Shown in pieces: positions 9,168 to 17,725 of a stretch of DNA of 64,000 bases. The notes under the pieces are model-generated. The model ran no database searches. It was not told the origin of the DNA and saw only the letters and a program-made list of their open reading frames with translations. The stretch covers positions 15,570 to 79,569 of the forward strand of contig CACKGP010000002.1 in assembly GCA_902599805.1 (NCBI GenBank). Reading direction: 5' to 3'. The position numbers and the translations under genes are program-made. Numbering within the stretch: position 1 is the first letter of the stretch; every line of letters starts with the position of its first letter. This DNA is from an uncultured Pelagibacteraceae bacterium. Lineage in GTDB: Bacteria; Pseudomonadota; Alphaproteobacteria; Pelagibacterales; Pelagibacteraceae.

Positions 9168-9212
9168 TGGTAGCGAGGGGCGGATTCGAACCGCCGACCC
9201 CAGGCTTATGAG
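9168..9212 (-). pseudogene. Orphan 3' half of a tRNA-Met(CAU)-like gene (anticodon loop to CCA); no 5' half present
   Basis: Minus strand reads CTCATAA-GCCTG-GGGTC-GGCGG-TTCGAAT-CCGCC-CCTCGCT-A-CCA. This is the anticodon loop (CAT), anticodon-stem 3' strand, variable loop, a perfect T-arm, acceptor 3' strand, discriminator and CCA. The upstream sequence (..GCAGTAGATCT) pairs with neither GCCTG nor CCTCGCT, and there is no D-arm. Confidence 0.7.
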
Positions 9213-9577
9213 AGATCTACTGCAAACTCTTTTAATTTTTCTATTTTAACTAATTCTAAAGTTTTTTCGTGAGTTGCTTTTAAATAAATCGGACAACCTT
9301 TGCCTGCTTCAAGTGCTCTTACATACCAACTTGCACAAACACACCATTTGTCACCATCCTTTAGTCCTGGAAAACCAAACTCTGGATGAGGTGTAATTAA
9401 GTCGTTACCTGCCTCCTTGCACCATTGTAAAAAATCATCATTTACTTTTACACAAACAGTATGAAGTCCACGATCATTTTCATCTGTATTACAACAACCA
9501 TCTCTATACCAGCCAGTCATTGGATCAGTTGAGCAGCTTTCTAAAGTTTCCCCTAATACGTTTTTTTGGTTTTTCAT
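9206..9577 (-). CDS. DUF2237-family Cys-rich protein (COG3651-like)
   Basis: 123 aa with WYRDGCCNTDENDRGLHTVC and DKWCVCASWY. Start overlaps the soxG stop by 1 nt (TAATG). Its TAA stop lies inside the anticodon-loop remnant of the tRNA fragment. Confidence 0.85.
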   Translation of the reverse strand: MKNQKNVLGETLESCSTDPMTGWYRDGCCNTDENDRGLHTVCVKVNDDFLQWCKEAGNDLITPHPEFGFPGLKDGDKWCVCASWYVRALEAGKGCPIYLKATHEKTLELVKIEKLKEFAVDLS

Positions 9578-10098
9578 TATAAATTAACCGAGTCTAACAA
9601 GCGGTCTCTTAAATAATCTTCATAAGATTTACCACACGTTATTAAATATTTATCTTCAAGTTTATATATACAACAATCAATTCTGGCTACTAAAGTTTGG
9701 ACCATTGTCGACGCTGGAAAATTTTTGTCTCTAAAATCAAAGTGGCTTAATTTATTTAAATAGTGGTCTTTGTCTTCGCCACTAATTTCAAAATAAGACT
9801 GACCTTCTGAGTAATTAGAAGCTAGCATTGCCTCATTTTTATTAATCTCCGAAACCATTCTTAAGATTTCTTGATCATCTTCTCTATTTTTTGCAATTAA
9901 TACCCATTGGTCAAAAGATTGTTTAGCAAAGATAAAACGATCATTATCAACCATTCTTAAGTTGTCTGAAGGCGGAAGAAGTGAGACTTCTTTATTAACA
10001 GCAAATGCAAACGCACCATCACCTTTACCTCTTAAAGTAATTTGCTGACGTGTAACCTGGTTTATTTCAACACCATCTTTGTAGGTTAATGTTGTCAT
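9577..10098 (-). CDS. soxG: Sarcosine oxidase gamma subunit
   Basis: 173 aa, 4-nt overlap with the soxA stop, at the canonical last position of soxBDAG. The family is poorly conserved, so the call rests mostly on context. Confidence 0.8.
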   Translation of the reverse strand: MTTLTYKDGVEINQVTRQQITLRGKGDGAFAFAVNKEVSLLPPSDNLRMVDNDRFIFAKQSFDQWVLIAKNREDDQEILRMVSEINKNEAMLASNYSEGQSYFEISGEDKDHYLNKLSHFDFRDKNFPASTMVQTLVARIDCCIYKLEDKYLITCGKSYEDYLRDRLLDSVNL

Positions 10099-13049
10099 AA
10101 CATCATCCTTTCGTTTTTTGGATCAATAAAATTAGGTTCGACTACTTCAACAGCAATAGTATTTAAATTTTCTGTTGAAACAAAAAGACGGCTACCAATT
10201 TTTCTTTTACCACCTCTTATGAGAGCCATGGCTACCGAATGATTTAAATTAGGACTAAAATAACTCGATGTTACATGGCCAAGCATATCTACAGGATCCT
10301 TAATTGGTAAGGATAAATCTTTTTGTTCAATAACGTGCTGGCCTTCCTCAATTCCTAAAGTTTTATCGACAGGAACAAGCCCAACAAGTTGTTTTCTATT
10401 TTCTCTAACAATATCACTTCTAGTTAAAGATCTTTTACCAATGAAATCTTTTTTCTTTTTACCAATCATCCAATTCAAATGCAGATCAAGTGGGGTTACA
10501 GTTCCATCAGTATCTTGACCAACGATGATGTAACCTTTTTCAGCTCTTAAAAGATGCATAGTCTCTGTTCCATAAGGGACTAAATCAAAATCTCTGCTAG
10601 ATATAAAAAATTTCTGCCAAAGTTTTAAAGCATAACTAGGTGGAACATAGATTTCATATCCTAATTCTCCTGTAAAACTTGCTCGCAAAATTCTAATTTC
10701 TGTATCTAAATATTTAAAATTATTAAAGCTCATAAATGGAAACTGGTCATTTGAAAAATCGATATCATTAAAAACTCTACTCATTATTACTCTTGATTTT
10801 GGTCCGCTAAGATTAAACGTAGCAAATTGTTCTGTTATTGAATTCATATACACATTTAAATTTGGCCACTCGGTTTGTGAGTATTCTTCCATGTGAGCTA
10901 AAACACTAGCAGCATTACCTGTTGTTGTTGTGACTATAAAATGTTGCTCATTTATTTTACAAACAATACCATCATCTTTAACCATTCCATCTTCTCCCAA
11001 CATAAGAGCGTATCTCCCTGTCTTAGGTTTCATTTTTGTAAAACTATTTGTGTACATTAGATTTACAAAAGTCAGAGCATCCTTACCTTTAATTTCGATT
11101 TTACCAAGTGTCGATCCATCCAAAATACCAGCCGTCTTTCTAACTTGCTCAGCTTCTCTTTGAACAGCTTGATGCATAGTTTCATCTTCAGATTTTTTAA
11201 AGTACCAAGGTCTTTTCCACTGTCCAACATTTTCAAAAACAGCGTTCTGTTTGACATGCCAAGAATGTAAAGGTGTTTTTCTCTCAGGATCATAAAATTC
11301 ATATGTACTTCTTCCAGCTATAGCAGAAAAATTAACGGGACTGTAAGGAGGTCTATAAGTTGTTGTTCCAACTTCAGAAATATCTTTTTTTAATATTTTT
11401 GAGACAATCCCAAGCGCATTGATACTACTAATTTTTCCTTGATCTGTTCCCATACTATTTGTTGTAAATCTTTTTAAATGCTCAATTCTATTAAATCCTT
11501 CATTGACCGCTTGTCTTAAGTCTTTCGTAGTTACATCGTTTTGAAGATCTATAAATGATTTAGACCATAGTGATTTTTTTTCGTGTTTAGTTTCCCAAAG
11601 CTCTTTAATTTGAAATTTTTCAGGCCCGTTAATTTCAAACTTTACTTCGAGCTCATTTAGACCTTCAAATTCACTTAATTTTTTTTCAACTTCAACTAAA
11701 AGTTTTTCGTAGCTAAAGTTACCGCTTACAGATCCAAGAGTAATTGTTTTTTGGAAAATTCTATCTGGTTTAAATGTTAAATAGTCCTTGTCCCATTTTA
11801 AAAGACCTTTAGATTGAGTAAATAAATGAATATCTGGATTAAATCCACCTGATACACAGAGCATGGATGTTTTGATTTTAGTAATTTGATTTTTTTTAGT
11901 CCTTATAGAAACTTTTTTAACTTCTTTTTTTCCCTCACAACCCTCAATTTCAGATTTTGGATAAAAAGGAATATTGAATTTTTCTAGAAGTTCTAAAGTT
12001 TGTTTTTCAATATTTTTTTGGTCTCTTATATCTACGTAAGCTTTTGGCTTATGACCTAGATCTGTAAGAGATTTTAATAGACTAAAGGTTGATGAATTAT
12101 TTGTAAAAATAACAGGGCTTTCATCAGGAACGACACCATATCTATTTAAATATTTTTCAAAAGATGCTGCAAGCATCACTCCAGGTAAATCGTTATTTCT
12201 AAAAGTAATAAATCTTTCAATATGTCCATTAGCTAAAATCGTATGCTTCGTTCTAATTTTGTGCAAAACTAACTCTGGTTTTTCGTTATCTTGAGGCTTT
12301 CCAACATTTTTATCCTCTAGTGCAATCAGATGATCACTAAAATTATATGTGGTAACCAAAGTATTTTTTAATATTTTGATATTATTTGAGTTCCTAATTA
12401 ATCTTTCAGTTTTTTCTAACCATTCATCTGCTGGTTGGTCGTTGATAGATTTTATTTTATCAGCATTTTTTAAAATACCGCCAAAAGTATCTTCTCTTTC
12501 AACTAATAAAACATCATAATTAGTACCTGCAAATTTTCTGGCTGCCAGAAGACCACTTAGACCTCCACCAACAATAATAACGTCGACGTTATGATGTTGA
12601 TGAATACTTTTTGATTTAAATTCTTTTGGGGGCTTTCCTAATCCAGCTGTTCTTCTGATTAAAGGCTCATATACATTTTTCCAAAATCCTTTAGGTCCCA
12701 TAAAAGTTTTGTAATAAAAACCTGCAGAAAATATTGGAGATAAAATATTATTTATTGAACCTAAATCTGTTTTTAATGAGGGCCAACGGTTTTGACTTTT
12801 TACAACCATCCCTTCGTAGATTTTTTTTACAGTTGCTCTAACGTTAGGTTCATTATGTTCATTTATAATTTGAACTAATGCGTTAGGCTCTTCAATTCCA
12901 CATGTATAAATACCTCTTGGTCTATGATATTTAAAACTTCGCCCAATTAATTTTACGTTATTTCTTAATAAAGCAGCGGCAATAGTATCTCCCTCATTAC
13001 CAGCGTATTTTTTTCCATCAAATTTAAAATATATTTTATTTTCACTCAT
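10095..13049 (-). CDS. soxA: Sarcosine oxidase alpha subunit
   Basis: 984 aa with a dinucleotide fold ([16 protein letters not shown]) and a C-terminal GcvT-like folate-binding domain (RASFTGELGYEIYVP, YGTETMHLLRAEKGY). Confidence 0.95.
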   Translation of the reverse strand: MSENKIYFKFDGKKYAGNEGDTIAAALLRNNVKLIGRSFKYHRPRGIYTCGIEEPNALVQIINEHNEPNVRATVKKIYEGMVVKSQNRWPSLKTDLGSINNILSPIFSAGFYYKTFMGPKGFWKNVYEPLIRRTAGLGKPPKEFKSKSIHQHHNVDVIIVGGGLSGLLAARKFAGTNYDVLLVEREDTFGGILKNADKIKSINDQPADEWLEKTERLIRNSNNIKILKNTLVTTYNFSDHLIALEDKNVGKPQDNEKPELVLHKIRTKHTILANGHIERFITFRNNDLPGVMLAASFEKYLNRYGVVPDESPVIFTNNSSTFSLLKSLTDLGHKPKAYVDIRDQKNIEKQTLELLEKFNIPFYPKSEIEGCEGKKEVKKVSIRTKKNQITKIKTSMLCVSGGFNPDIHLFTQSKGLLKWDKDYLTFKPDRIFQKTITLGSVSGNFSYEKLLVEVEKKLSEFEGLNELEVKFEINGPEKFQIKELWETKHEKKSLWSKSFIDLQNDVTTKDLRQAVNEGFNRIEHLKRFTTNSMGTDQGKISSINALGIVSKILKKDISEVGTTTYRPPYSPVNFSAIAGRSTYEFYDPERKTPLHSWHVKQNAVFENVGQWKRPWYFKKSEDETMHQAVQREAEQVRKTAGILDGSTLGKIEIKGKDALTFVNLMYTNSFTKMKPKTGRYALMLGEDGMVKDDGIVCKINEQHFIVTTTTGNAASVLAHMEEYSQTEWPNLNVYMNSITEQFATFNLSGPKSRVIMSRVFNDIDFSNDQFPFMSFNNFKYLDTEIRILRASFTGELGYEIYVPPSYALKLWQKFFISSRDFDLVPYGTETMHLLRAEKGYIIVGQDTDGTVTPLDLHLNWMIGKKKKDFIGKRSLTRSDIVRENRKQLVGLVPVDKTLGIEEGQHVIEQKDLSLPIKDPVDMLGHVTSSYFSPNLNHSVAMALIRGGKRKIGSRLFVSTENLNTIAVEVVEPNFIDPKNERMML

Positions 13050-13054
13050 ATTTT

Positions 13055-13996
13055 CTAATCAAGTATTTTCTTTTTTGCTTTTTCATATTCATATCCAGTG
13101 ATTACGCCATCTTTATAAAGGTCATGAAGTTTTTTTAATTGGCCACTTATATCACTGGACTTTTGTTTTGTAATATTTCCGTCATCAACAAATTCACCCA
13201 AATCTAAAAGTTGCTGTTTTTTAGCCTTCATAGCCTTTTCAAAGTCTATATGTCTTTTTGCAGAGATTATTTTCCATTCTCTTAATACTTTTTGTGCTTC
13301 AGGATGTTTTCCAATTATGTCAGGATGAAATTCACTGGTATCCCTTGTAGTAAATTTTACATTATAATTAGCAAAACTTTCTGGTGTTTCCATGTGAGAC
13401 ATTAGTATCCACTGATCTCTAATTAACATTGACATAAACCAATGTTCTGAAGATAAGTAAATGTCTGGTAGTTTAATTTTATTTTTCTTAACCCAGTTTC
13501 TTATTCCGGCAGTAAACACTCTATCTGGATCATCATCGCTACCAAATAATTCTCTTTGTACATCGAAGTGTTCTACTATCAAACAATTATGTGCTGCACC
13601 TCTTTTGTAAAATTTTAAATAACTATAATGCTGTCTTTCTCTACAACCTCCTGTTTTTGGTTTAAAAGTTTCAGCTTCTATAATCGGGTCTAAATACCCA
13701 GTCCATTTTGATAAACCAAATGCTCTGGCAATTTCAAAAATTTTTATTGGAACATTATTTTCTAGTTGAACTAAAGTGAGTCCTTCTGCTCCTATACCAT
13801 TAAATGACTCTGCTGACATTTTATCAACAACAACGAATTCTCCTGCAGGCAATGGAATTGATAAGTTTTTAAATACTTTAAATTCACCAGATACTGTGTC
13901 ACCTCTTTGTAATCTCCATCCTGTTTTCCATGAAGCCGCAAAACTTTCACTACAAATAAATAAAAGTAAAACAACAAAGCCAATAATTTTTTTCAT
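13055..13996 (-). CDS. Secreted hypothetical protein with C-terminal SHOCT-like domain, embedded in the sox operon
   Basis: 313 aa with signal peptide MKKIIGFVVLLLFICSESFA/AS. The C-terminus LKKLHDLYKDGVITGYEYEKAKKKILD matches the SHOCT pattern. Its ATG overlaps the soxD TGA (ATGA, 13993-13996), and it ends 5 nt before the soxA start. Confidence 0.75.
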   Translation of the reverse strand: MKKIIGFVVLLLFICSESFAASWKTGWRLQRGDTVSGEFKVFKNLSIPLPAGEFVVVDKMSAESFNGIGAEGLTLVQLENNVPIKIFEIARAFGLSKWTGYLDPIIEAETFKPKTGGCRERQHYSYLKFYKRGAAHNCLIVEHFDVQRELFGSDDDPDRVFTAGIRNWVKKNKIKLPDIYLSSEHWFMSMLIRDQWILMSHMETPESFANYNVKFTTRDTSEFHPDIIGKHPEAQKVLREWKIISAKRHIDFEKAMKAKKQQLLDLGEFVDDGNITKQKSSDISGQLKKLHDLYKDGVITGYEYEKAKKKILD

Positions 13997-14346
13997 GGTT
14001 TTTTCACCGAAAAGTTACCTGAACCAACATCTGGTTCTCCAGACGGTGTTTTAATTGTATCTTTAAATTCTTTTAACGGAGGAGGGGTCTCTCCCATTTT
14101 ATAAACTTTTAATATTTCATCCGTTGAAGTGTTTCTAACTGCATTAAACCATTTTTTGCATCCGTGAGTGTGAACCCAACGTTCGTAATAAATTCCTTTT
14201 GGATTTGCACGAATGAAAACATATTCAGACCATTCTCTATCACTTATTTGTTCAGGATCTTTGGGTCTTGCTACGTGAGCTTCACCACCATTAGAGAATT
14301 CAGATTGATCTCTTTCTCCGCAATAAGGACATTTTATTGTAAACAT
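13993..14346 (-). CDS. soxD: Sarcosine oxidase delta subunit
   Basis: 117 aa. MFTIKCPYCGERDQSEFSNGGEAHVARP together with HTHGCKKWF is the typical delta-subunit zinc site. Follows soxB directly. Confidence 0.93.
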   Translation of the reverse strand: MFTIKCPYCGERDQSEFSNGGEAHVARPKDPEQISDREWSEYVFIRANPKGIYYERWVHTHGCKKWFNAVRNTSTDEILKVYKMGETPPPLKEFKDTIKTPSGEPDVGSGNFSVKKP

Positions 14347-15597
14347 TTAATGCGCTACAGCTGCAGCTCCGTGCTCATCAACCAATCGACCACTTACAAA
14401 TCTATCCACACTAAATGGCGCATTGATTTTGTGGGCTTTATTTTTTGCTATTGTATGTGCAAAAACATTTGCGCTTCCTGGTGTTGCTTTAAAACCGCCT
14501 GTACCCCAACCACAATTAAAATACAATCCTTCTACTTCACATTTACTAAGTATTGGACTTGCATCTGGAGTTATATCTACAATGCCGCCCCATTGTCTGA
14601 GCATTTTCATTTTTCCAAAGATCGGATAGAGCTCAACTATTGCTCTGATCGTATCTTCAATAATATTATAACCACCTCTTTGAGTATAAGAATTATATCC
14701 GTCAGTTCCTGCACCAATAACAAGTTCACCTTTATCAGATTGACTTACATAAGCGTGTACAGCGTTCGACATAACAACTGTATTGATCACAGGTTTAATT
14801 GGTTCAGACACTAATGCTTGCAGAGCTTTACTTTGAAGTGGTAATTTAATTCCGGCACTTGCTGCTAAAACACTTGTGTGACCAGAAGCAACTACACCAA
14901 CTCTGTTTGATCTAATAAAACCTTTAGATGTTTCAACACCTTGTACTTTTCCTTTAGCTGTTCTTATTTTTTTTACTTCACAATTTTGTATTATGTCCAC
15001 TCCTAATTCATCCGCTCTCATTGCGTAACCCCATGCAACTGCATCGTGACGTGCTACTCCGGCTCGTGGTTGGTAAGAAGCTCCTAAGACAGGGTACCTA
15101 CAATTTTCAGTATTCATTATTGGTACTAATTTTTTTATTTGATGAGGATCAACCCATTCAGAATCTATCCCGTTTAATTTATTTGCACTTACTCTTCTTC
15201 TAATTTCTTTTACATCGTGTTCATTGTGAGCAAGATTTAAAACACCTCTTTGGCTGAACATAATGTTGTAATTTAATTCTGAAGATAAATTTTCCCAAAG
15301 CTTTAATGAATGTTCGTACAAATGTGCACTTTCATCCCAAAGATAATTTGATCTTATAATTGTTGTATTACGACCTGTATTACCTCCGCCAAGCCAACCT
15401 TTCTCAATAACTGCAATATTTTTTAGACCATGTTCTTTTGCAAGATAATAAGCTGTACCAAGACCGTGTCCTCCGCCACCAACAATAATTACGTCATAGA
15501 ATTTTCTAGGCTCTGGATTACGCCACATCTTTTTCCAATTTTGATTGTCAGAAAGTGAATTTTTTACTAAGCTGTATATGGAGTATTTTTTTTTCAC
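14347..15597 (-). CDS. soxB: Sarcosine oxidase beta subunit
   Basis: 416 aa with FAD fold [20 protein letters not shown]; an MSOX-like protein. Confidence 0.95.
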   Translation of the reverse strand: MKKKYSIYSLVKNSLSDNQNWKKMWRNPEPRKFYDVIIVGGGGHGLGTAYYLAKEHGLKNIAVIEKGWLGGGNTGRNTTIIRSNYLWDESAHLYEHSLKLWENLSSELNYNIMFSQRGVLNLAHNEHDVKEIRRRVSANKLNGIDSEWVDPHQIKKLVPIMNTENCRYPVLGASYQPRAGVARHDAVAWGYAMRADELGVDIIQNCEVKKIRTAKGKVQGVETSKGFIRSNRVGVVASGHTSVLAASAGIKLPLQSKALQALVSEPIKPVINTVVMSNAVHAYVSQSDKGELVIGAGTDGYNSYTQRGGYNIIEDTIRAIVELYPIFGKMKMLRQWGGIVDITPDASPILSKCEVEGLYFNCGWGTGGFKATPGSANVFAHTIAKNKAHKINAPFSVDRFVSGRLVDEHGAAAVAH

Positions 15598-15638
15598 AAT
15601 TTAAAATTATCAAAAAATATTGATTTCATCTAGTTAAT

Positions 15639-16103
15639 TTAGGTTGAAGACCCCATTGGAATTGGCTGAGAAACCACCGTAGTTAGCCAACAATTTTTTA
15701 ACGGGCCGTCTTCTAAAAACTTTTCAACCTGCCATCTAAATTTGAAGTATTTTTTTTCTGGCCCCAAGATAATCACTTCGTACAGAGCCCTTTTATTGTC
15801 ATTATCTATTTCAGAAATTTCATGACCAATGTGGCCAATTAACATTTTATAAGAGTCACCTTTTATCATTTTTGTAAAATTATCTAATGGACCAGTAAAA
15901 CGTTGGTTGTTTGGGTGAGCGAATTCCCATGTTTGTTTAATTCCATTATCTTTAGATGGTGTGTTGTTCTTCATTAAGCTCTTAAGCTGAATTTTAATTA
16001 CTTCTTCTGGCTTAATTTTAGCATTAGGTTTGATAAAGTCTGCGTAGGCAAAACATTGATTAAAAATGAATATAACTACAAAAAGTTTTAAAACTCTTTT
16101 CAT
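15639..16103 (-). CDS. Secreted DUF4864-like (NTF2-like) hypothetical protein
   Basis: 154 aa with signal peptide MKRVLKLFVVIFIFNQCFAYA and the motif WEFAHPNNQRFTGPLDNF. Lies between metY and soxB on the same strand. Confidence 0.65.
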   Translation of the reverse strand: MKRVLKLFVVIFIFNQCFAYADFIKPNAKIKPEEVIKIQLKSLMKNNTPSKDNGIKQTWEFAHPNNQRFTGPLDNFTKMIKGDSYKMLIGHIGHEISEIDNDNKRALYEVIILGPEKKYFKFRWQVEKFLEDGPLKNCWLTTVVSQPIPMGSST

Positions 16104-16127
16104 TAGAAATTTGTAGTTTATTAGATT

Positions 16128-16156
16128 GATACGTCAAGTAGGTTACTTGACGTATC
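16128..16156 (-). terminator. Perfect 12-bp hairpin just downstream of metY; terminator or RNA-stability element without a U-tract
   Basis: GATACGTCAAGT-AGGTT-ACTTGACGTATC. On the minus strand it is followed by AATCTAATAAAC, with no T-run. Confidence 0.4.
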
Positions 16157-16169
16157 AAAAAGAATTTAT

Positions 16170-17459
16170 TTACGCAGCTAATGCTTGTTCAATATCGGCA
16201 ATAATATCGTCGTGATGTTCTATACCAATAGAAAGTCTCACATAACCTGGCGTTACTCCAGCATCAGCTAACTGTTTATCATTTAACTGACTGTGAGTAG
16301 TAGAAGCAGGATGTATTGCTAAGCTTCTTGCGTCACCAATATTAGCAACATGGTAAAGCATTTTTAAGTTGTCTATAAATTTAGCTCCAGCTTCTTTTGA
16401 GCCTAGATCCATTCCAACTAAAGATCCATAACCACCCTTCATGTATCTTTTTGCTCTATCTCTAATCTCACCTTGATGATTAGTAGGATAGATTACATTC
16501 TTGACTTTTTTCTGAGACTCTAAAAATTTCACAACTTTTTCTGCGTTTGCACAATGTTGTTTCATTCTTAGGGCAACAGTTTCTAAGCCCTGAATTATTT
16601 GCCAAGCGTTGAATGGAGCTAAAGGAGCACCTAAGTCTCTAAGCAAAACTACCCTTGATCTAATCGCAAAAGCAACATTTGCTCCGGTAAGTTTCGGAAC
16701 ATCTCTTCCCCAAACAGCACCGTTGTAACTTGGATCAGGTTCATTGAACAAAGGTTGTCTTTTTGGATCTTTAACCCAATCGAAATTTCCTCCATCAACA
16801 ATAATACCTCCAATCGAAGTTCCATGACCTCCGATATATTTTGTTAAAGAGTGCATCACTACCGCAGCACCATGCTCAAGTGGTTTACAAATCACAGGAG
16901 CAGCTGTGTTATCGATAATTAATGGGATACCATGTTTTTTTCCAATGTCTGCTACTTCTTTAATTGGGAAGACTCGCAAATAAGGATTAGGACAAGACTC
17001 TCCATAATACGCTCTAGTTTTTTCATCCGTTAACTTTTCAAAGTTTTTAGGATCTTTTGGATCAGCAAATCTCACTTCAATACCTTGCATACTTAAAGTA
17101 TTTTTGAATAAGTTTACTGTTCCACCATATAGATCGGTTGATGAGACTATATTATCTCCTGCTTGACAAACATTCTGCACACAAAAAGCAGATGCTGCTT
17201 GACCAGACCCAACTGCTACAGCAGCTAGACCTCCCTCTAATGCAGCAACTCTTTTTTCAAGAACGTCGCAAGTAGGATTCATAATTCTTGTATAAATATT
17301 ACCAAATTCTTTCAGCCCAAATAAATTTGCAGCAGTATCTGCATTTTTAAATTGGTAAGAAGTTGTTTGATATATCGGCACCGCAACAGATGTTGTTGTT
17401 GGGTCGCTTCTATATTCGCCTCCATGTAAACCGATGGTTTCTGGATTTTTAAAGGCCAT
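16170..17459 (-). CDS. metY: O-acetylhomoserine sulfhydrylase / aminocarboxypropyltransferase (PLP-dependent)
   Basis: Translation from the ATG at 17459 begins MAFKNPETIGLHGG. The PLP-lysine motif is SLTKYIGGHG. AGGAGG lies 8 nt upstream. The ORF-track start at 17516 is a TTG that would run through the leader structure. Confidence 0.93.
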   Translation of the reverse strand: MAFKNPETIGLHGGEYRSDPTTTSVAVPIYQTTSYQFKNADTAANLFGLKEFGNIYTRIMNPTCDVLEKRVAALEGGLAAVAVGSGQAASAFCVQNVCQAGDNIVSSTDLYGGTVNLFKNTLSMQGIEVRFADPKDPKNFEKLTDEKTRAYYGESCPNPYLRVFPIKEVADIGKKHGIPLIIDNTAAPVICKPLEHGAAVVMHSLTKYIGGHGTSIGGIIVDGGNFDWVKDPKRQPLFNEPDPSYNGAVWGRDVPKLTGANVAFAIRSRVVLLRDLGAPLAPFNAWQIIQGLETVALRMKQHCANAEKVVKFLESQKKVKNVIYPTNHQGEIRDRAKRYMKGGYGSLVGMDLGSKEAGAKFIDNLKMLYHVANIGDARSLAIHPASTTHSQLNDKQLADAGVTPGYVRLSIGIEHHDDIIADIEQALAA

Positions 17460-17544
17460 TTTATTTTCCTCCTTTTTAGTACTTCGACAAAATGTCAGGC
17501 GTACAATACAGTTCAAATGCCTGGTTTTAATTTGAAACTATTCC

Positions 17545-17573
17545 AAAAAAAAACCACCGACTAAAGCGGTGGT
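17545..17573 (-). terminator. Intrinsic terminator (attenuator) inside the metY leader
   Basis: Minus strand reads ACCACCG-CTTTAGT-CGGTGGT followed by T9. It sits about 85 nt upstream of the metY start, downstream of the pseudoknot candidate. Confidence 0.7.
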
Positions 17574-17582
17574 CTCGAAAGA

Positions 17583-17640
17583 TTTAACGCTTTAGCGGAT
17601 TTTTAAAGCGCTCGCAATTTGTTTTAAATCAGCGCTAATA
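17583..17640 (-). promoter_or_regulatory. Candidate SAM-II/SAM-V-class riboswitch aptamer in the metY leader
   Basis: Minus strand reads AGCGCUGAUUUAAAACAAAUUGCGAGCGCUUUAAAAAUCCGCUAAAGCG. CGCUUU (17610-17605) is complementary to AAAGCG (17593-17588). UUGC and a 3' AAAGCG element fit my recollection of the SAM-II/V consensus. Not verified with a covariance model. Confidence 0.45.
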
Positions 17641-17725
17641 TTGAAATTATATTAGGTTTAACATGACAAAGTCAATACCAATTTGCTTCATTTTTAACAC
17701 AGTAAAAATGATGTAAAGTAATGTT

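Noticed and set aside
9168-9243. A complete 76-nt tRNA-Met gene on the minus strand
   Set aside because: Only positions 32-76 are tRNA-like. The required acceptor 5' strand (AGCGAGG), the D-arm and the anticodon-stem 5' strand (CAGGC) are absent, and the upstream bases are the 3' end of the DUF2237 CDS.
13055-13996. J-domain (DnaJ-like HPD motif, FHPDIIGKHPEAQKV) in the sox-embedded secreted protein
   Set aside because: Only the HPD tripeptide and a few flanking residues match. The preceding helix I/II pattern of J-domains is missing, and the protein is predicted to be exported.
14164-14814. 216-aa plus-strand ORF
   Set aside because: It lies entirely antisense to soxD/soxB, which have strong family signatures. 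Its translation is low-complexity (Cys/Phe/Ile/Thr-rich) with no recognisable motif, so it is a shadow ORF.
17460-17516. TTG-initiated N-terminal extension of metY (MNCIVRLTFCRSTKKEENK)
   Set aside because: The ATG at 17459 has a perfect AGGAGG 8 nt upstream and gives the canonical MAFKNPE N-terminus. The extension would run through the leader pseudoknot.
17663-17716. 17-codon upstream ORF (MTKSIPICFIFNTVKMM) ahead of msrB
   Set aside because: It has no Shine-Dalgarno sequence and no obvious attenuation structure. ORFs this short arise by chance in AT-rich spacers.
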